Below, piece after piece: positions 32,471-57,185 of a stretch of DNA of 64,000 nt. The position numbers were made by a program, and so were the translations under genes. Source of the stretch: Chrysomallon squamiferum (lineage: Eukaryota > Animalia > Mollusca). Position 1 is the first letter of the stretch, and the number at the start of each line of letters is the position of its first letter. Where the stretch lies: assembly GCA_012295275.1 (NCBI GenBank), contig CM022672.1:19716001-19780000 (forward strand), written 5' to 3'. Below the pieces are notes generated by a model. It saw nothing but the letters and a program-made list of their open reading frames with translations, was not told the origin of the DNA and did not search any database.

Positions 32471-35296
32471 CTTGTTTCTTAAAGCTAGACAAATTACTCC
32501 TACCAGTCTATATAATCTACATGAATATGACAAGTAAAGTAATTTAATTTGTAATCACGTTTAATCCTGTTCCATATATATACACAATCCCACATTTAAA
32601 TGTACGACTTTTGACGACAAATGCGGTATTGGAACCACCAATATTAAGTGAATTAAAATGTTTTCATTTAACAATATCGGTCAGAAGAGTCAGTATAAAG
32701 AAAATGTATATTTGATGTTATAATACAACACATCTCGCTGCGAACAGTAGTTAGACCATGACTGACCAAAGGCGAAAATGAGAAAGCTTTTATTTATTTC
32801 TTTTTTACACAGAATTTTTATTTATTAATATTATTATTATTTTTATTATTATTTATTTAATTATTTATTTATTATTATTTTTTTAAAACTTGAAATATTA
32901 ATCCACTTCGAGAGAACTGTACAAAATATCGAAAAAGATAAAATATTCCAACTGGGACCACCATACACGACACTGAAAACACTGCGTGTATTTTGATCTC
33001 GAGTTTCGAAATACAAACTACCACATGCTCACTTAGAGAAACGGTCTTGCTTCTTGATAACGTGACGCTCAATAAAATGACACTGGAGACTGAAACGATT
33101 TACTCTGTGTATGTGTGCGTGCGTGCGTGAGTGTGTTTGCGTGTGTGGGCGTGTATGGGCGTGTGTGGGCGTGCGTGTGTGTGTGTAAGATAAAATAATT
33201 ATTGAGTAGGTTTATTCGCTTTAAGCCGCATGACTCATAAGCACACAAGTATATACATTACTGTAAGTCAAGCACTGTATATATATATCACCTACCGTCG
33301 ATGTCAAAGCGGCTGTACATGATAGACAGATCTTTGTTGTCGATGACACCGTCGGCGTTGAGGTCTGCGAGGAAGAAGTAGGCGCTGGCTAGCTCGTGGG
33401 GAAGACCTGTGATCAGCTCCCACAACGTGACAAACTCGTGACGAGTAACTCTGCCGTTTTCTACAAACGTGACAGATCTACACTTAATCAACAAACAGAG
33501 GAACACACAGATCCCGTTGACGATGTTTCAGAATGAAGTAATATGTAGATATTGTATATGTGTGTGTGCGCACGTGTGTGTGTCTGTGTGTGTTTACATG
33601 TGTGGGTCTGTGTATATATACATGGTTATTAGAATTGTTTACGGTACTTCCGAATGAAATAAAGTATAGATACTGTATATTTATGTTACAGTTAGAACAT
33701 ACATGTGGTAGGCTTTACGACTGTAGGTTACGTAACTTACTGTCGGTGTCGAAGCCGTTGTAGACTGAGTCTAATTCCGATGAAGTGATGATGCCGTTAA
33801 GATCGGTGTCTGCTTTCAAATAAAGAAGGTTTATAAGGCCATACATGCCCAGATGTCTACAAATGATGGAATAACCCAGTTATTGTATAGTATAGTATAC
33901 TATAGTGTAGTATAGTATAGTATAGTATAGTATAGTTTAGTATAGTATAGTATAGTATTGTGTAATGTAGTACAGTATAGTATAGTAAAGTGTAGTGTAG
34001 TATAGTATAGTATAGTATAGAGTAGTGTAGTATAGTAAAGCATAGTATAATGTTGTATAGTATAGTATAGTGTAGTGTAGTATAGTATAGTATAGTATAG
34101 TAGTATAGTATAGTATAGTATAGTATAGAGTAGTGTAGTATAGTATAGTATAGTTTTGTGTAGTATGTAGTATAGTATAGTATAGAGTAGTGTAGTGTAG
34201 AGTAATACAGTATAGTACAGTGTAGTGTAGTAGAATATAGTACAGAGTAGTATATATAGTATAGTACAGTGTAGTGTAGTAGAATATAGTACAGAGTAGT
34301 ATATATAGTATAGTATAGTACAGTATAGTGTAGTAGAATATAGTATAGAGTAGTTTAGTATAGTTTAGTATAGTATAGTATAGTGTAGTATAGTATATTA
34401 TAGAGTAGTCTAGGATAGTATAGTATAGTATAATATATTATGGCATAGATTAGTTTAATATAATGTATAGAACATCGAAGCATAATATAGTATAGTATAG
34501 TGTAGAATAATTACATTACATTGCATTAAAATAAATTACATTACAATAAATTACATTACGTTACATTACATTACATTACACTGTATAATAGTATTTTCAT
34601 TAAAAAAGAAAGTAGATAATTTACTTACGATGTTTGGGCCAGAATCGCGTGACAGAAAGCGCTGAATAAAACTCCATATAGTACATTCTGTGGAAAAAAA
34701 CAAAGAAAAAAATAAAGATAAAACAAACAAAAAAACAAACAAACAAAAAAACAACAACCAGATAACAAGTAATAAAATACAATTAAACTGGAAATGAAAT
34801 ACATTTAACAACGAATTACCATTCTGTAATAAATTGTTTTTGGATATAGTCTAATTAACATAGATATTCATATTATTATCGTATAATATTCACACACAGA
34901 CACATACAAACACACTATTAAAAAACAAATTCCCCAAATTTCTTTATTCTGAAGAGAAACGCGCGTACAGCATGAGAAATAAAAACAAATCAAGCTCGCA
35001 TATGTACAGAATAATAATAATTAAAATTAATTCTTTTTCCTTTTCTGCTTTGCTCCCGAGTTTTTATTGATTTTTATATAAATGACTATGCAAAATAGTG
35101 ACACATATACATAAAAGAATATTTTTAGAATTTTAAAAATATTTGAACTAATCTTTGAAAAAATATTTTTTTTTCTTTTTTTTTTAAATATAATTTTCAT
35201 GCACTTTTTACAATTATTGTTTATTACTTTTTATTATTAGAAAAAGTAAGAAGGCATTAGCAAACAATTTCATTTTTATTTTAAAGTACTCACCAT
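29243..35296 (-). CDS. Gene B: secreted 8-EF-hand protein (internally duplicated IMSP5-like unit), 243 aa
   Basis: Coding exons 35296-35294 (ATG only), 34687-34629, 33856-33741, 33460-33296, 31834-31788, 31054-30943, 30230-30066, 29613-29579, 29272-29243; all GT-AG, phases concordant, 732 nt. MNVLYGVLFSAFCHAILAQTSHLGMYGLINLLYLKADTDLNGIITSSELDSVYNGFDTDKNGRVTRHEFVTLWELITGLPHELASAYFFLADLNADGVIDNKDLSIMYSRFDIDGNGKVSAQEFNRKWQRIYMESPLAVLFGRADANKNEHLDLSEFDHLFSSFDSNHDHSVSKTEFDQGWTHSVFGSITDADVFFRNLDSNHDHAIKTHDMNVLFRRYDANHDHKIDIVELIKMADLLPRSL*. A probable further 5'-UTR exon ends at 35396 (CAG|GTAAGT). Confidence 0.92.
33885..34580. repeat. Pentanucleotide satellite (TAGTA)n followed by (TTACA)n inside an intron of gene B
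   Basis: Directly visible degenerate 5-bp arrays filling most of the intron between 33857 and 34628. Confidence 0.95.
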
Positions 35297-35811
35297 TTTG
35301 CCTGGTTAATGATGTCAGCTCTGAAAAAAAAATGGTGCTTAAGTGATAAGATCTAGACTGACACACCTGTGCTTTCACACAGGTAACTAACTTACCTGTA
35401 CAGAGTTTGTTTTCCTGAATGTCAAATATTACAGGTCCTGTCACGTTATTGTATCTTGATATCTAAATTATATGTAGATCTGTGTGTATATATGTGTGTG
35501 TTTATGTACAGTATGTATCCATACATTCATGTATGAATGTATGTATGCGTGTGTGTGTGTGTGTGTTTGAGAGCGAGTATGTATGTATTTATGTATGTCT
35601 GCATGTGTGTGTATGAATGAATGTATGTTTGTATGTATGTAAGTATGTAAGTATGTATGTGTGTGAATTATACGTTTATTTATATATGTGTGTATGTATG
35701 TATATAAATATATATATGTTTATTTATATGTTTGTGTATATGTATGTATGTATGCATGTACGTATGTACATAATGTGTATATATATATACATACATGTAT
35801 CTATCTATCTA

Positions 35812-35845
<34 letters not shown>

Positions 35846-35872
35846 GATACTGTATCTATCTATCTATATATC

Positions 35873-35903
<31 letters not shown>

Positions 35904-36724
35904 GTATGTACGTATGTAAGGTTGTCTTGATTGCCGAGTGGTATTGTCTTCCGCCTCCGGAGAGCATCAGCAGCTAATGACATTTGTGATGTTGTGACTG
36001 GACTTTGTCTTCCTGTGCCAATGCGTTCCAGAATGTTGTCTATGACAGAGTCTAATCAGACGTACAGAAGAATATTCAGTCCTAATTACATACAAATAGA
36101 TACACATAAATATACATACATACAAATTCATACACACAAACACACACACACACACAAACACACTCACACACACAAAAAAACAAAACAAAAAAACGTACAC
36201 ACTAAAGCTCAAACCCAACAGAAAATGTCGAACAATTTGAAGATGACGTACTAAATTAACCCTGTTTTAAATCTCTCTAATCCAGCCGACTTAAATACTC
36301 AAGTAACTGTGGAGTTTTGTGAACTGTGAAACGTTTGAATCGTTGATTGTTACATAAATCTTTTCTTTTTAAACTATTTGCTAAGGCTTAAGTCATCAAA
36401 AGCAGGCGACATTTTGTTTATTCTTATAATGGTTCTGAAAAAGAGAGAATTAAAACAAAATGCATATAGCATTTTTTATTATTTTTATTGTTTTCTTTTA
36501 TATTTTTCCAGATGTTTCTCTTTTGATATGATAACGATGATAATAATAATAATAATAATAATGACAATAATAATAATGATGATGATGATGATAATGATGA
36601 TGATGACGACGACGACATCGATGAACAGTGATAGTAGTATCTATCTATATATCTGTCTGTCTCTCTTTCTATTTGTCTGTCTGTCTATCTATTTATCTCT
36701 GCCTGTCTGATTGTTTATTTGTTT

Positions 36725-36934
36725 GGTCTATCATAATTAGTCACATTTCTGTAATAAACAGTAACGACATGTTTTTCATCTGCTATTGTTTCCAATTCAA
36801 ACTGTTACTGATCGTTGATAGACAAACGGTCTATCATAATTAGTCACATTTCTGTAATAAACAGTAACGACATGTTTTTCATCTGCTATTGTTTCCAATT
36901 CAAACTGTTACTGATCGTTGATATAACAAACGGT
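36725..36934. repeat. Near-perfect 103-bp tandem duplication
   Basis: GGTCTATCATAATTAGTCACATTTCTG...ACTGATCGTTGATA at 36725 and 36828. Confidence 0.95.
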
Positions 36935-36944
36935 GGTCTTATTG

Positions 36945-36980
<36 letters not shown>

Positions 36981-37424
36981 GGTGGGTATATGTCTGTGTG
37001 AATTAATGTACTAATAAGAAACAAGACAAAATAACAAATTAAGCCTAAATAATTATATATTTTAATTAGAATTAACATGGAAATGCTATTCTCATAAATG
37101 CTATTCTCATTAGTGATTATGTCCACTGTGGTGAAGAGTGCCAATGACTTCTTTCTCGATATAAAGAGCGATATGTTATATCCTGTTGTGAAAAAAAGTA
37201 TTTTACTACTAATAGAAAAGAACAAATAAGCCAGATTTAATTTGTAACTTTCATTGTTTGCTATGTGTAACAGACTAATGCTTACAAAGTTCCTGTTAGT
37301 TTGGCACGGGATAATTGTAAAAATTAAAAATGAACAAAAATAAATGAACAAAACGACAAAGACATTCAAAACATTTTATTGACATATTTTCACATTTTCT
37401 GAAATAGGTGATGTGTATGTTGTA

Positions 37425-37456
<32 letters not shown>

Positions 37457-37607
37457 TGTATGTGTGCGTGTATGTAACTGAGACATAGAAAGTTAGACAT
37501 AAAAATATATAGGCTGAAAGATAGACAGAAATGTACAGTAAGAAAAAAGGTACATCTGTAGGTAAAGACAGAAGAGAGATAGAGAGAGAGAGAGAGTGAG
37601 ACAGATG

Positions 37608-37682
<75 letters not shown>

Positions 37683-39291
37683 AACAGTGAAAGAGAGAGA
37701 GAGAAGAATACGTTGCCTATCAAAGATTTTATTTTACATACAATCTTTTGAGCTGAATCTTGTTTCAACAACATACACATAAACAAACAATATGACATCT
37801 TAACCCGTAAAATAAACGATTTTGTTTTTACAATATGTACACAATTTATATTACACGATCGTTATAATATAAACCAATTAATCTTTGTGTATGTGCCACC
37901 GTATCAAGAAAATTAGATTTAAAAATACGACTACGAATCTACTGCTTAGTTAGGCCTCTCTGGAAACCCGCTGTCAACCAATTCTACAGTTCCTGAGGCT
38001 ACTCAACAATCGTTTCTTTTATTTTTGTGTTTTCGAACTGTAAAGCCCCAGGACAGTGGAAACAGACAATTAATTAGGAAAGAATGTTGTAAAGAATGGT
38101 TCTGAAATATTTTTTTTTTGTCTTCATATCAGGCGATAAGCAGGCTTGAATAAGGTCGTTAGAAAACCTTGTTAAAGTGTGTCATGCTATAATAATAATA
38201 ATAATAATAGTAATAATAATAATAATAATAAAAGTAATAATAAACAAAACAACAACAACGACAACAAAAAAATTAAATAAAATAAAAGCATGTATGGATT
38301 TTCTTTGAAAATAAATGCTAACATACACAATCACACACGATCACACATACATACATACATACATACATACATACATACATACATACATACATACATACAT
38401 ACATACATACATACATACATACACCCTACATAAACACATGCACCCACATATCCATATACAAACTCCTATTCACGTATTTAACTGTATACGGTTTATCCTT
38501 GAATTCATAAGATAATTTCTTCCTCCCAGGTTCGGTTAAACACGGATTATTTACAGGCTGATAAGAAGATGAAGCTGAAAAATTGAAATCTAATTTAAAT
38601 AACAAACTGAAAATGATGTACATAGCGGTGATATTAGTCATTGACATTATTTATTGTAACAAATTATAATATTTCTGTTTCTGATATTTTTAACACTTTA
38701 ATATTAATTTTGTTGCTGTTATTCATCATGGTGATCATCATCTTTCTCAACATTCTTATTATTGTTGTTGTTGTGTTGTTGTTATTCATATTATTATTAT
38801 TATTATTGTTGTTGTTGTTGTTGTTGTTGTTGTTATTTTTTCATTATAATTATTTTAATTATAATTACTTTAATTATTATTTTAAAAATATAACTTTAAG
38901 TGTCTTCGGCATTTATTTATAAAAAAAAAGAACTAGGATAAAAAAAAAAGTTGTTAAACTATTACAGACCATCATTTCCAACAACAGCTGCAGGAAACAT
39001 TTTAAACTTGTCAAGTATTTCTGATACAGAAGTCTTGAGATCAGGCAAAGACGGCCATAGGTTAATATGCTAGAAAATTACTTACACGGAAGATTCGGTG
39101 AAATGGTTTGACTTAGTTTTCGATTAAGTCTGGAAGAATATATTAGCTAATAATTCGTATAAACCTTTATTTGTGCCCATGGTATTCCAAATACCAGGCC
39201 CATGTTAATTTTTTGTGCATCCACAGGATTGTTCTGTTTGCTCATTAATCTCTGAAGATGATGATGATGATGATAATAATAATAACAACAA

Positions 39292-39341
<50 letters not shown>

Positions 39342-39900
39342 AATTAAGAAAAAAAAAAAAATTCGGATTAAATGAGAAACACACACATATATATATTTTT
39401 AACTGTAATTTCTGTTCTCAAATTTCTCTCTATGAAATATTGTCACAGATAAAGATAAAAATCGTAAACCCGCAAGAAATATTGCGATTTTGTTAATTTA
39501 TTGTTACACTTTATTTTTGCATACTACCAGCAGGGATACACTCATATATAAATGTAGAGTTTAATGCTGATTACAAATGTAACAGTTATGTGATCATAAT
39601 ATTTCATAAATATGAAGAGTTTAGTACTGCTTAAATCATTGCAATGTTAAACATGGTCTAGTCTGGTAGATAGTTTTCAGTTACAGTAGATTTAATTTGG
39701 AAACCAAAAAAAATAAAATGAAAAAATAAAAAGAAGAAGAAGCAGTAGAAAAAACTGGGTAGAGAACAAATTAACCTTTTTTTTTCTTCTGCTTCATTTC
39801 ATTTTTCATTTTTTAATCGTCTGTTATGATTAATCGTAAACGGCCACAATTGACTGATCAAGACGATTTCCTGCTTTTGAATGTAATTACCTCTCTAGAT

Positions 39901-39934
<34 letters not shown>

Positions 39935-40292
39935 CCCCCAACAGTCCATGAATTTAACAGCATGGTGCAACGTAATTATTTAACTGCTTTCCTTCTGGTA
40001 ATTGAAAAATACAGGAAACAGAGCTAATTCAGCCAGATTTGGACCACTCACAAGAGAATTATAACTACCCTCTCGCTTCGCTAACCCCACACGTGATCTT
40101 TTATGTACACGTCATGCATTCACTGCAATTTTTTTTCTTCTACTTCTTCTTCTTCTTCTTCTATTGTAAGTAAACGTAATTACTTTAGCCATTTCCAAAG
40201 AAATCAGTACAGTAAAGAAATGTTTTTTTTGATGATGAACCTACTTTATTCTTTGAGATTTGATTTACGTAATGCTTTACATTTCAGATGTG

Positions 40293-40333
<41 letters not shown>

Positions 40334-40848
40334 TAATTAATAGCCGGAAGATTTTAATATTCAATAACGTAATCTTGCTTATTATTGAAGAGGATCCCAA
40401 ATCATGAGCTATTCTGGAAAAAAAAAAAAAAAAAAGTTCCTTGACGTGATGGGAAATCATGCTAATATTCATATTGTTTATTTATCCGTTTAACAGAATA
40501 TTCTTTTTTAAGCTTGTATCTGTCTACAAGAGACAGAGATGGCTTATGGGTATGTACCGGAAGTGATATCACTAATCTTCTAACATACTAACCCTAACAT
40601 TATCCTTGCCTGACAGTTCAAACACCCGCTTTGTGAGTTTAAAAAAATTAAATAAATAAATAAAAAATTAAAATGCTTGTTCTCATTAACAAACTGATTA
40701 AAATTTTAAACTGTTGAGTTAAACTGTTACAGCAAAAATAAATGTTTCGCACGATTAACGGTTATAACAACAACAACGACCGTAGCAACAGAAAACATAA
40801 TACTTGTACTACGACTGCTACCACGAGTAGTAGTAGTAGTAGAATAAT

Positions 40849-40883
<35 letters not shown>

Positions 40884-42384
40884 TTTTTTCTTATTTTAAA
40901 TCTAAAAAAAAATAATTATGCAACTATACTATCATTATTTACTTATATATATTTACTAACTTATCTTTTCTCAAGTTCCAAGAGAGATCGAATTTACTGC
41001 GAGTGTATTATACAAAACTATATCGATTGTCGATTTATATTCGCCAGTCTATATTTTGAGCTCGCCAGGACATTTTTGTATTAGTGACTAATATTAAAGG
41101 TTCAGATCACGTACTGATGTTAAAATAAGTCGATAATTCTACAATGATTTATAAACTTGGTTTTTTACCTGTAATTTATTTATTTTTAATAAGCAGAGTG
41201 AAGAAGTTATTTTTGAAAGTGGAGTAAATAAATATAAATAAACAACAATTAGTAAATAAATAATGAGATGGTGTCTTGGGTCATTTGAATGAAAACTGTT
41301 CTCAGGAGAAAATATTGTTAATTTGCTTTCGAAACGATGCGCTTCAGATCTGTCATCGGTCAAAGTAAATGTTGTTTTTGGGGATTTTTTAAATTTTATT
41401 TTAATAGATGTTTTTTTTTTTAAATGATATATAGCAATCATTTATTAATGAACACCGTGATAAACTTCTAAGAACATTAATAACTGTTCCTGGAACTGTT
41501 TTTACTCCAATACTAGTATCTTGAATTTCATTAATTTAAAAAACTAAAATCGTTAACAATGTAATTTAAGCATTAAAACGTCATTTAAAATGCTCGTTTC
41601 CTTGCCGAGGACTGAACCGAACCGGAATGACCCCCAGAGGTATTTGATACCAGAGTACCCATTTGAAAAAATCTGACGTCCTTGTACGCTTTTCAGCACC
41701 ACTGTAATGCTACGTATGGATCGTAATCTTCAGTCTTGAAGAAATATACAAAAATAAAACAATAATTTCTGTTTGAATTTAATTTGCTTTGCATTTATTT
41801 GATAAAGAAACTGAAAACTATTTTGTTTGTTTTAACATCGATTTTAGCATTATTTTGAAAATGAATTTGATTTCAGCTGTCTAATTAATCCAAAGACGGA
41901 GAAAATGGAATTTTCCAAAAGAAATAAATCAGCATTGTAATGAAATAAGAAATAAAATGTTCTTGAATAATTTCTAATGTATTCTAGGGTTAGGGTTAGA
42001 TATGATACAATGAATTTCTTGTGGGGTTTTTTTTGTTTGTTTTTTTTTACTGCAAAATAAATACATCCAACAAATGCAAGGCCATGTTTTGTAACAACAA
42101 CAACTGAAAGAAACAATAAAAATCGTCACGGGAAAGTCTTCCAGATTTCCTTTTGTAAACTGGAGAACAAAGCCTTGAGACACATCATGGCATAAACTTA
42201 GTCTATGTAGACTTTTTAAACACCTCGTCCTGGAGGGGAAACCCCCCCAAAACCCCACCCAAAACCAAAAAAAAGAACCGTTACTGGATGTTCGTCGATG
42301 AACTAGGTCAGGACTTTCAAACTACTACCAATCAGTCTGTGCTTTTCATCTTCGCCTTTGCGTTCCACCAATGAGCTTCTGGCT

Positions 42385-52043
<9,659 letters not shown>

Positions 52044-52439
52044 CTGTGGATCAAAACAAAACAAGAGTTCTTTAGAAGAAGAAGACAGAGAAGTACATGC
52101 ATTTGTTTGATTGTTTTTTTTTTTTTTGTTGTTGTATTTTTCTAATTAATTTTTTTAAATGCAGGTATATTTATTTATAACAGTTTACATTGTTATTGTT
52201 ATATGTTATTTTTTAAACAGAATTCATGCTAAATGTATTGTTGCAAGTAAGGCTTCTCATTGGTTTAGAAAAGACAATGGGAAGGCGCATTTAAAGCAGT
52301 TGTTACTGCTTGGCGATAAAAGTGACTCTACTTTGGTCTCAACCTTTTCATTTTAAAATATTAATATTAATAATAATAATGATCATCATCATCATAACAA
52401 TGATAATCAAAATAATTACAATTATGATATAATAATAAG

Positions 52440-52474
<35 letters not shown>

Positions 52475-53760
52475 AAATTAAGAATATAACAATAATAATG
52501 ATCATAATATTAACAGTAGTAATAACAAAAACAATAATATCAACAACAGTGACAGCATAAAGATGTGTTGAGATTTAATAAACACGTATTAATTTGTTTC
52601 GTTCTTATCAGGACTGTCTGGACAATTCTGCCATAGCATTTTAGACATTTTCAAATACGTATCAATCTTATTTTCCAATCTCTTTTATTGTTATTCAGAA
52701 TACAGCACGCAACAAGAGTAATATTTCATACTGAACACATCTTTTATTTACATTATTAATTTCTAAATGGTGCAATTCAAAAGGCGAGTATCACAAAGTC
52801 ATCTGTCTGTTTCGTGTCAGTTACTTCCACAACATCTCAGTTCAGGCTAATTACCCAATAGTATATTTTACACATTTTACATATCCATCACTGAAAGCTG
52901 TTGCACTGCACCTAGATATTTTTTTTTTTTGCTGTTGCTGAACAGGAAGGAAAAATAATTTGCAATCTGCATGATGGCTTCAGTTTTTCTATCTAGACAT
53001 CAGAAAAACGGCAGGCAACTTCATACACTGCATATCAAGGAGCACATTAGAATGAAAAATAGTAATTTGATTGATCACCTAGCTTTGGTATCATGGTCAA
53101 CAAGTCAATTTGTCTTGTTGTTTTTCTGAATTATCTCGGAATCGCACGCTTGGTTGTAGTCGGTCAGTAAAATACTAAATTCATGTACTAGAAATCATTA
53201 CACTGGATTAAGATACACACAGACCCAAACACACACCGGCCATAACCCTTGTTCAAAAAAGCTAGCTAGTTCCCCGCTTTTCTATTTCTTCTTTTTACAA
53301 ACGGACATTTATTGAAATTACAGCTATTTTCGCCTGATATATGGTGTTGGTTTGGTGCTGGAATAAAAATTTGTGAAAAGCCAACCGAACGAACTTCCCT
53401 GACCCCTTTTATCTTGAGAGCCACCTTGTGGAAAGCTGACAAAATGCCCGGGTAATTAAGGAAAGGGAAGTTATTGGTATCGTTGTTATTGCAAGGATTT
53501 TAGGCTTCAAGCCGAAAACAATAATGGCGTCATCTGTCTTCGTACTTTGGACGCCTTAAAAACTACATGGGCTGTTTTAATATATTGAAATTGTCAGTCG
53601 AACAACGCATCATCTTGTACGTAATTGTAGCTTTATCTGCGGCTCTATTAATAGCAGTCAAATTGATGGTGGTATTTTTCTAACAAGTTTGCATAGCGAT
53701 TTATTTCCTTCCCCCTTTTTTCTTTACTAAATAAAACTATGTCGCTATCTTTCTCTTTTT

Positions 53761-53841
<81 letters not shown>

Positions 53842-55988
53842 TTGAGGCTGTATTTCATTCAAATGACAAAGATTCCATTAAAACGATCAAACATTCTTGT
53901 CAAGTAAAGCTAAAATTATGGTAGAAAGCAAGCATCAGTAGGACTGATTCAGAAACTAAAATATATCTATTAATATATGTGATATGTGTTATAAACAAAC
54001 AATCAAACAAATAAATAAGTAAGTAAATAAATAAATAAATAAAAACGACTAAAAAAACCCAGCTATATATCAATACGTAAAAGAAAGAACAAACAAACCA
54101 TCCAGCAATCATCTAGCTGAACAACCCATAAACTATATATATATATATTTTTTTTTTTTTTAAATATATATAAATAAACATATAAATAATATAACCATCA
54201 TTAGCATTTGTTTATATTGCAGCGATCCTAATAAACAGAAATATAAAAAAAAAAATCAGTGAAGTTCATGGACACAGACCACACATGACTCATCCCCGTA
54301 AAACAGAAGAAAGTTGCGTGAAGCTGATGTAGTTTTTATTACGACACACGCGGTCATCCCGTGGAATGTCAGTGTGAAACGAAATAGATGTCAGATGAAA
54401 TGTTGTTATGTGGATAATGAATATTATATGAATCAATCGAATAATACGGATGAAAAGAAAAGTCGATGAGGCAGTTAAGCTGCAGACGAAAAAAAAAAAA
54501 AAAAAAAAAAAAAAAAGGAACGTATGAAATTATGTGAGGATAGGTCGCATAACGTAGTAAAACAAATATATGTGGGTCAAAGCCAGAAGTATTCACAGAG
54601 GCGTGAAAACACAAATTCTAGGCTTATATATGGACTAGATAATAATTGAAATATAACAGAGATATAGCACGTACACATTCATGTACACATACGTATTTTC
54701 ATATATCCAGTACTTCAGTAAAGGATGCACGTTTAAGGTTATTAAATTAGAAAAAAAGATGTGATCGTAAACTTTTCTTTGTTGGTGATCAATAACAATA
54801 TCTTTTTCACTTGTAAATATATTAAAAAATCAGTAATTATACGAATATGCGTTTTATAATTAGAATTTTACGTTACTAAAAATAGCTGTAATTTTCTGAA
54901 CAGTTTTTAAATGATGATGATGATGATAAATGATAAACACCTTCTAGACTAATTATTTAAAAATAAGTAGAGCTTTTATAAAAATAAGTTCATATAATTT
55001 TATACACTGTAGTATATGACCAGAGAATAAATAAAGTTATTTATTTGTTTGTTTACTATGGTGGAAGATAAAAAAGATTAAAAAATAAATAAATAAATAA
55101 ATAAAAAATAAAACAAAAAACACCAAAAGCAGAGAAAAAAACACAAACAAACAAATAAAAAAAAAGTCGCTTTTATTCTTTGCTATGTCCTTCTACTCTT
55201 TCGAATCCGTCTTAATAACGAAACGTCGGAAAAAAATCTGGTTAAGGAAATTAATTTCTCTTTCGTCAATACTAATGTTCTTACAGTGTTCAATAAAGCA
55301 GGATATTGTTTCACCTTTCACTGATCTGAGTCAGAAATAAAACAAACTGATCGTTTCAAACGGAGATTCCCCAGCTAGGCAAATTGCATGATGAAAGAAC
55401 TAAAACCCAAACCAACGTTCTGATAGTCATTCTATTTTACGTCGAGGAATATTGCTTTCCTCATTGACAAAAAAAAAAAAAAAAAAAAAAAAAAGAACAA
55501 TGTGGTCCGAATCCCATAAGGCGAATATGCGGCGTAACGACTATGAAGTCTTTTGAAGTTTTAAACTGCTTAACGTCTGACGTTTTTAAACTGCAGTCTG
55601 ACGTGACCCCCCCGCTTCAGTCTGACGTGACACGCTTCAGTCTGAACAGACTTTGGTTCTTGACTTCGTCGTTGAAAATAAGCTAATGATCTACGGGCGC
55701 ATCTGCCAGGAAATATTCATTGCTTACAGGTAACAGGAGACATCTGTGCTGTAATGAATATTTAATTATTGAAATTAACAGGCTCACTGGTTTGTTATAT
55801 CGAAGTGTTTCCGTCATTTCCTCTCTCCTTGTGCACAAAATCATTGCGCATACCTCTGCCATTCACCTACCCACGCTAATGACACAGTTTCTCCTGTTTC
55901 CGTCATAATTAAATCTTCAGTTTACAATTATTTAAAGGTGCTATCTGTCACTTCTTGGCATTTAAGAGATTAAATATCTCAACAAGTG

Positions 55989-56062
<74 letters not shown>

Positions 56063-57148
56063 AGTGTCTGTTGTGTGTGGGTGTGTGTGTGTGTTTTATC
56101 ATTCCATTCAAATGTATTTTATGGGAAATTCAGGACTGTATTTCCGTCCTACATTAAGATCTAGATTTTATAGTTCTGCGCTGTACACTTTTATTTTTAA
56201 ACACTGACAGACATACACATATATACACACACAAGAAAAACATATATATATATCTTCCTTTCTTCCCTTTCTTCCCTTCCTTTCCTTTTCTTTTCTTTTC
56301 TTTTCTTTTCTTTCTTTCTTTCCTTCCTTCCTTCCTAATTTATTTCTTCGCACTTCCAGACTAATCTCAGACACGTTCTGTTTAAAATAACTACAAACAT
56401 TGCATGACTGTTTACAGTTAGTATTAAAATACATGAGTAAGTTCCGTTTGTCCATAACCATCCATATTATATTATCTTTACACGAAAAGAAAATATCGTC
56501 ATTGAAATATTTTCCTCTTCTTTCCTTGCGTTCATGCTGCAGCGTGTAGACTTATGCCATGCCTCGGGTCTCAGTTATATGTTGACACTTGAGTTAGAGT
56601 CAATATTGGCAATAATATCAAGGAATTCATGGGATACAGAATGATCAGAGAGAGATGTTTTATGCTACGTTTTCCAGGGCCTGCAATCAATGTAGCTATT
56701 TCGACATGCACATGATACAAGATTTTTAAGTGCTGTGTTGATCTTTGATCCGCTTTCGATCATCGATCATCATGTTTCAGTGGGATAAGCTTACAGTTTA
56801 CACCACTAATGATTAGAATCAGTTCTGAATGAGAGAAAAAAAAAAGTTGAAAGATAGAGAAAATAAATATGCTAATATAAATATGTAGTTAGGTAACTGC
56901 AGAGTTTGCATCTATTCGTGTTTTTATTCAAAATAATAAGTTGTGTATGTGAATATCTATGTACATTTGTGTATGTATGTCTGTCTGTGTGTGTGTAGTA
57001 TTTATGTGTGTTTGTGTATGTATATATATATATGTGTGTATATATGTATGTGTATATGTATGTGTATATGTATATATGTGTACTGTATGTGTGTGTGTGT
57101 ATGTGCATGAATATTTGTATGAGTTTGTGTGGCTGTATATGTAAGTGA

Positions 57149-57185
<37 letters not shown>

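Noticed and set aside
35920-36065. Plus-strand peptide AANDICDVVTGLCLP resembling an EGF-like (MEGF/scavenger receptor) repeat
   Set aside because: Cys spacing is incomplete, no coherent flanking splice sites and no partner exons; at most a decayed fragment.
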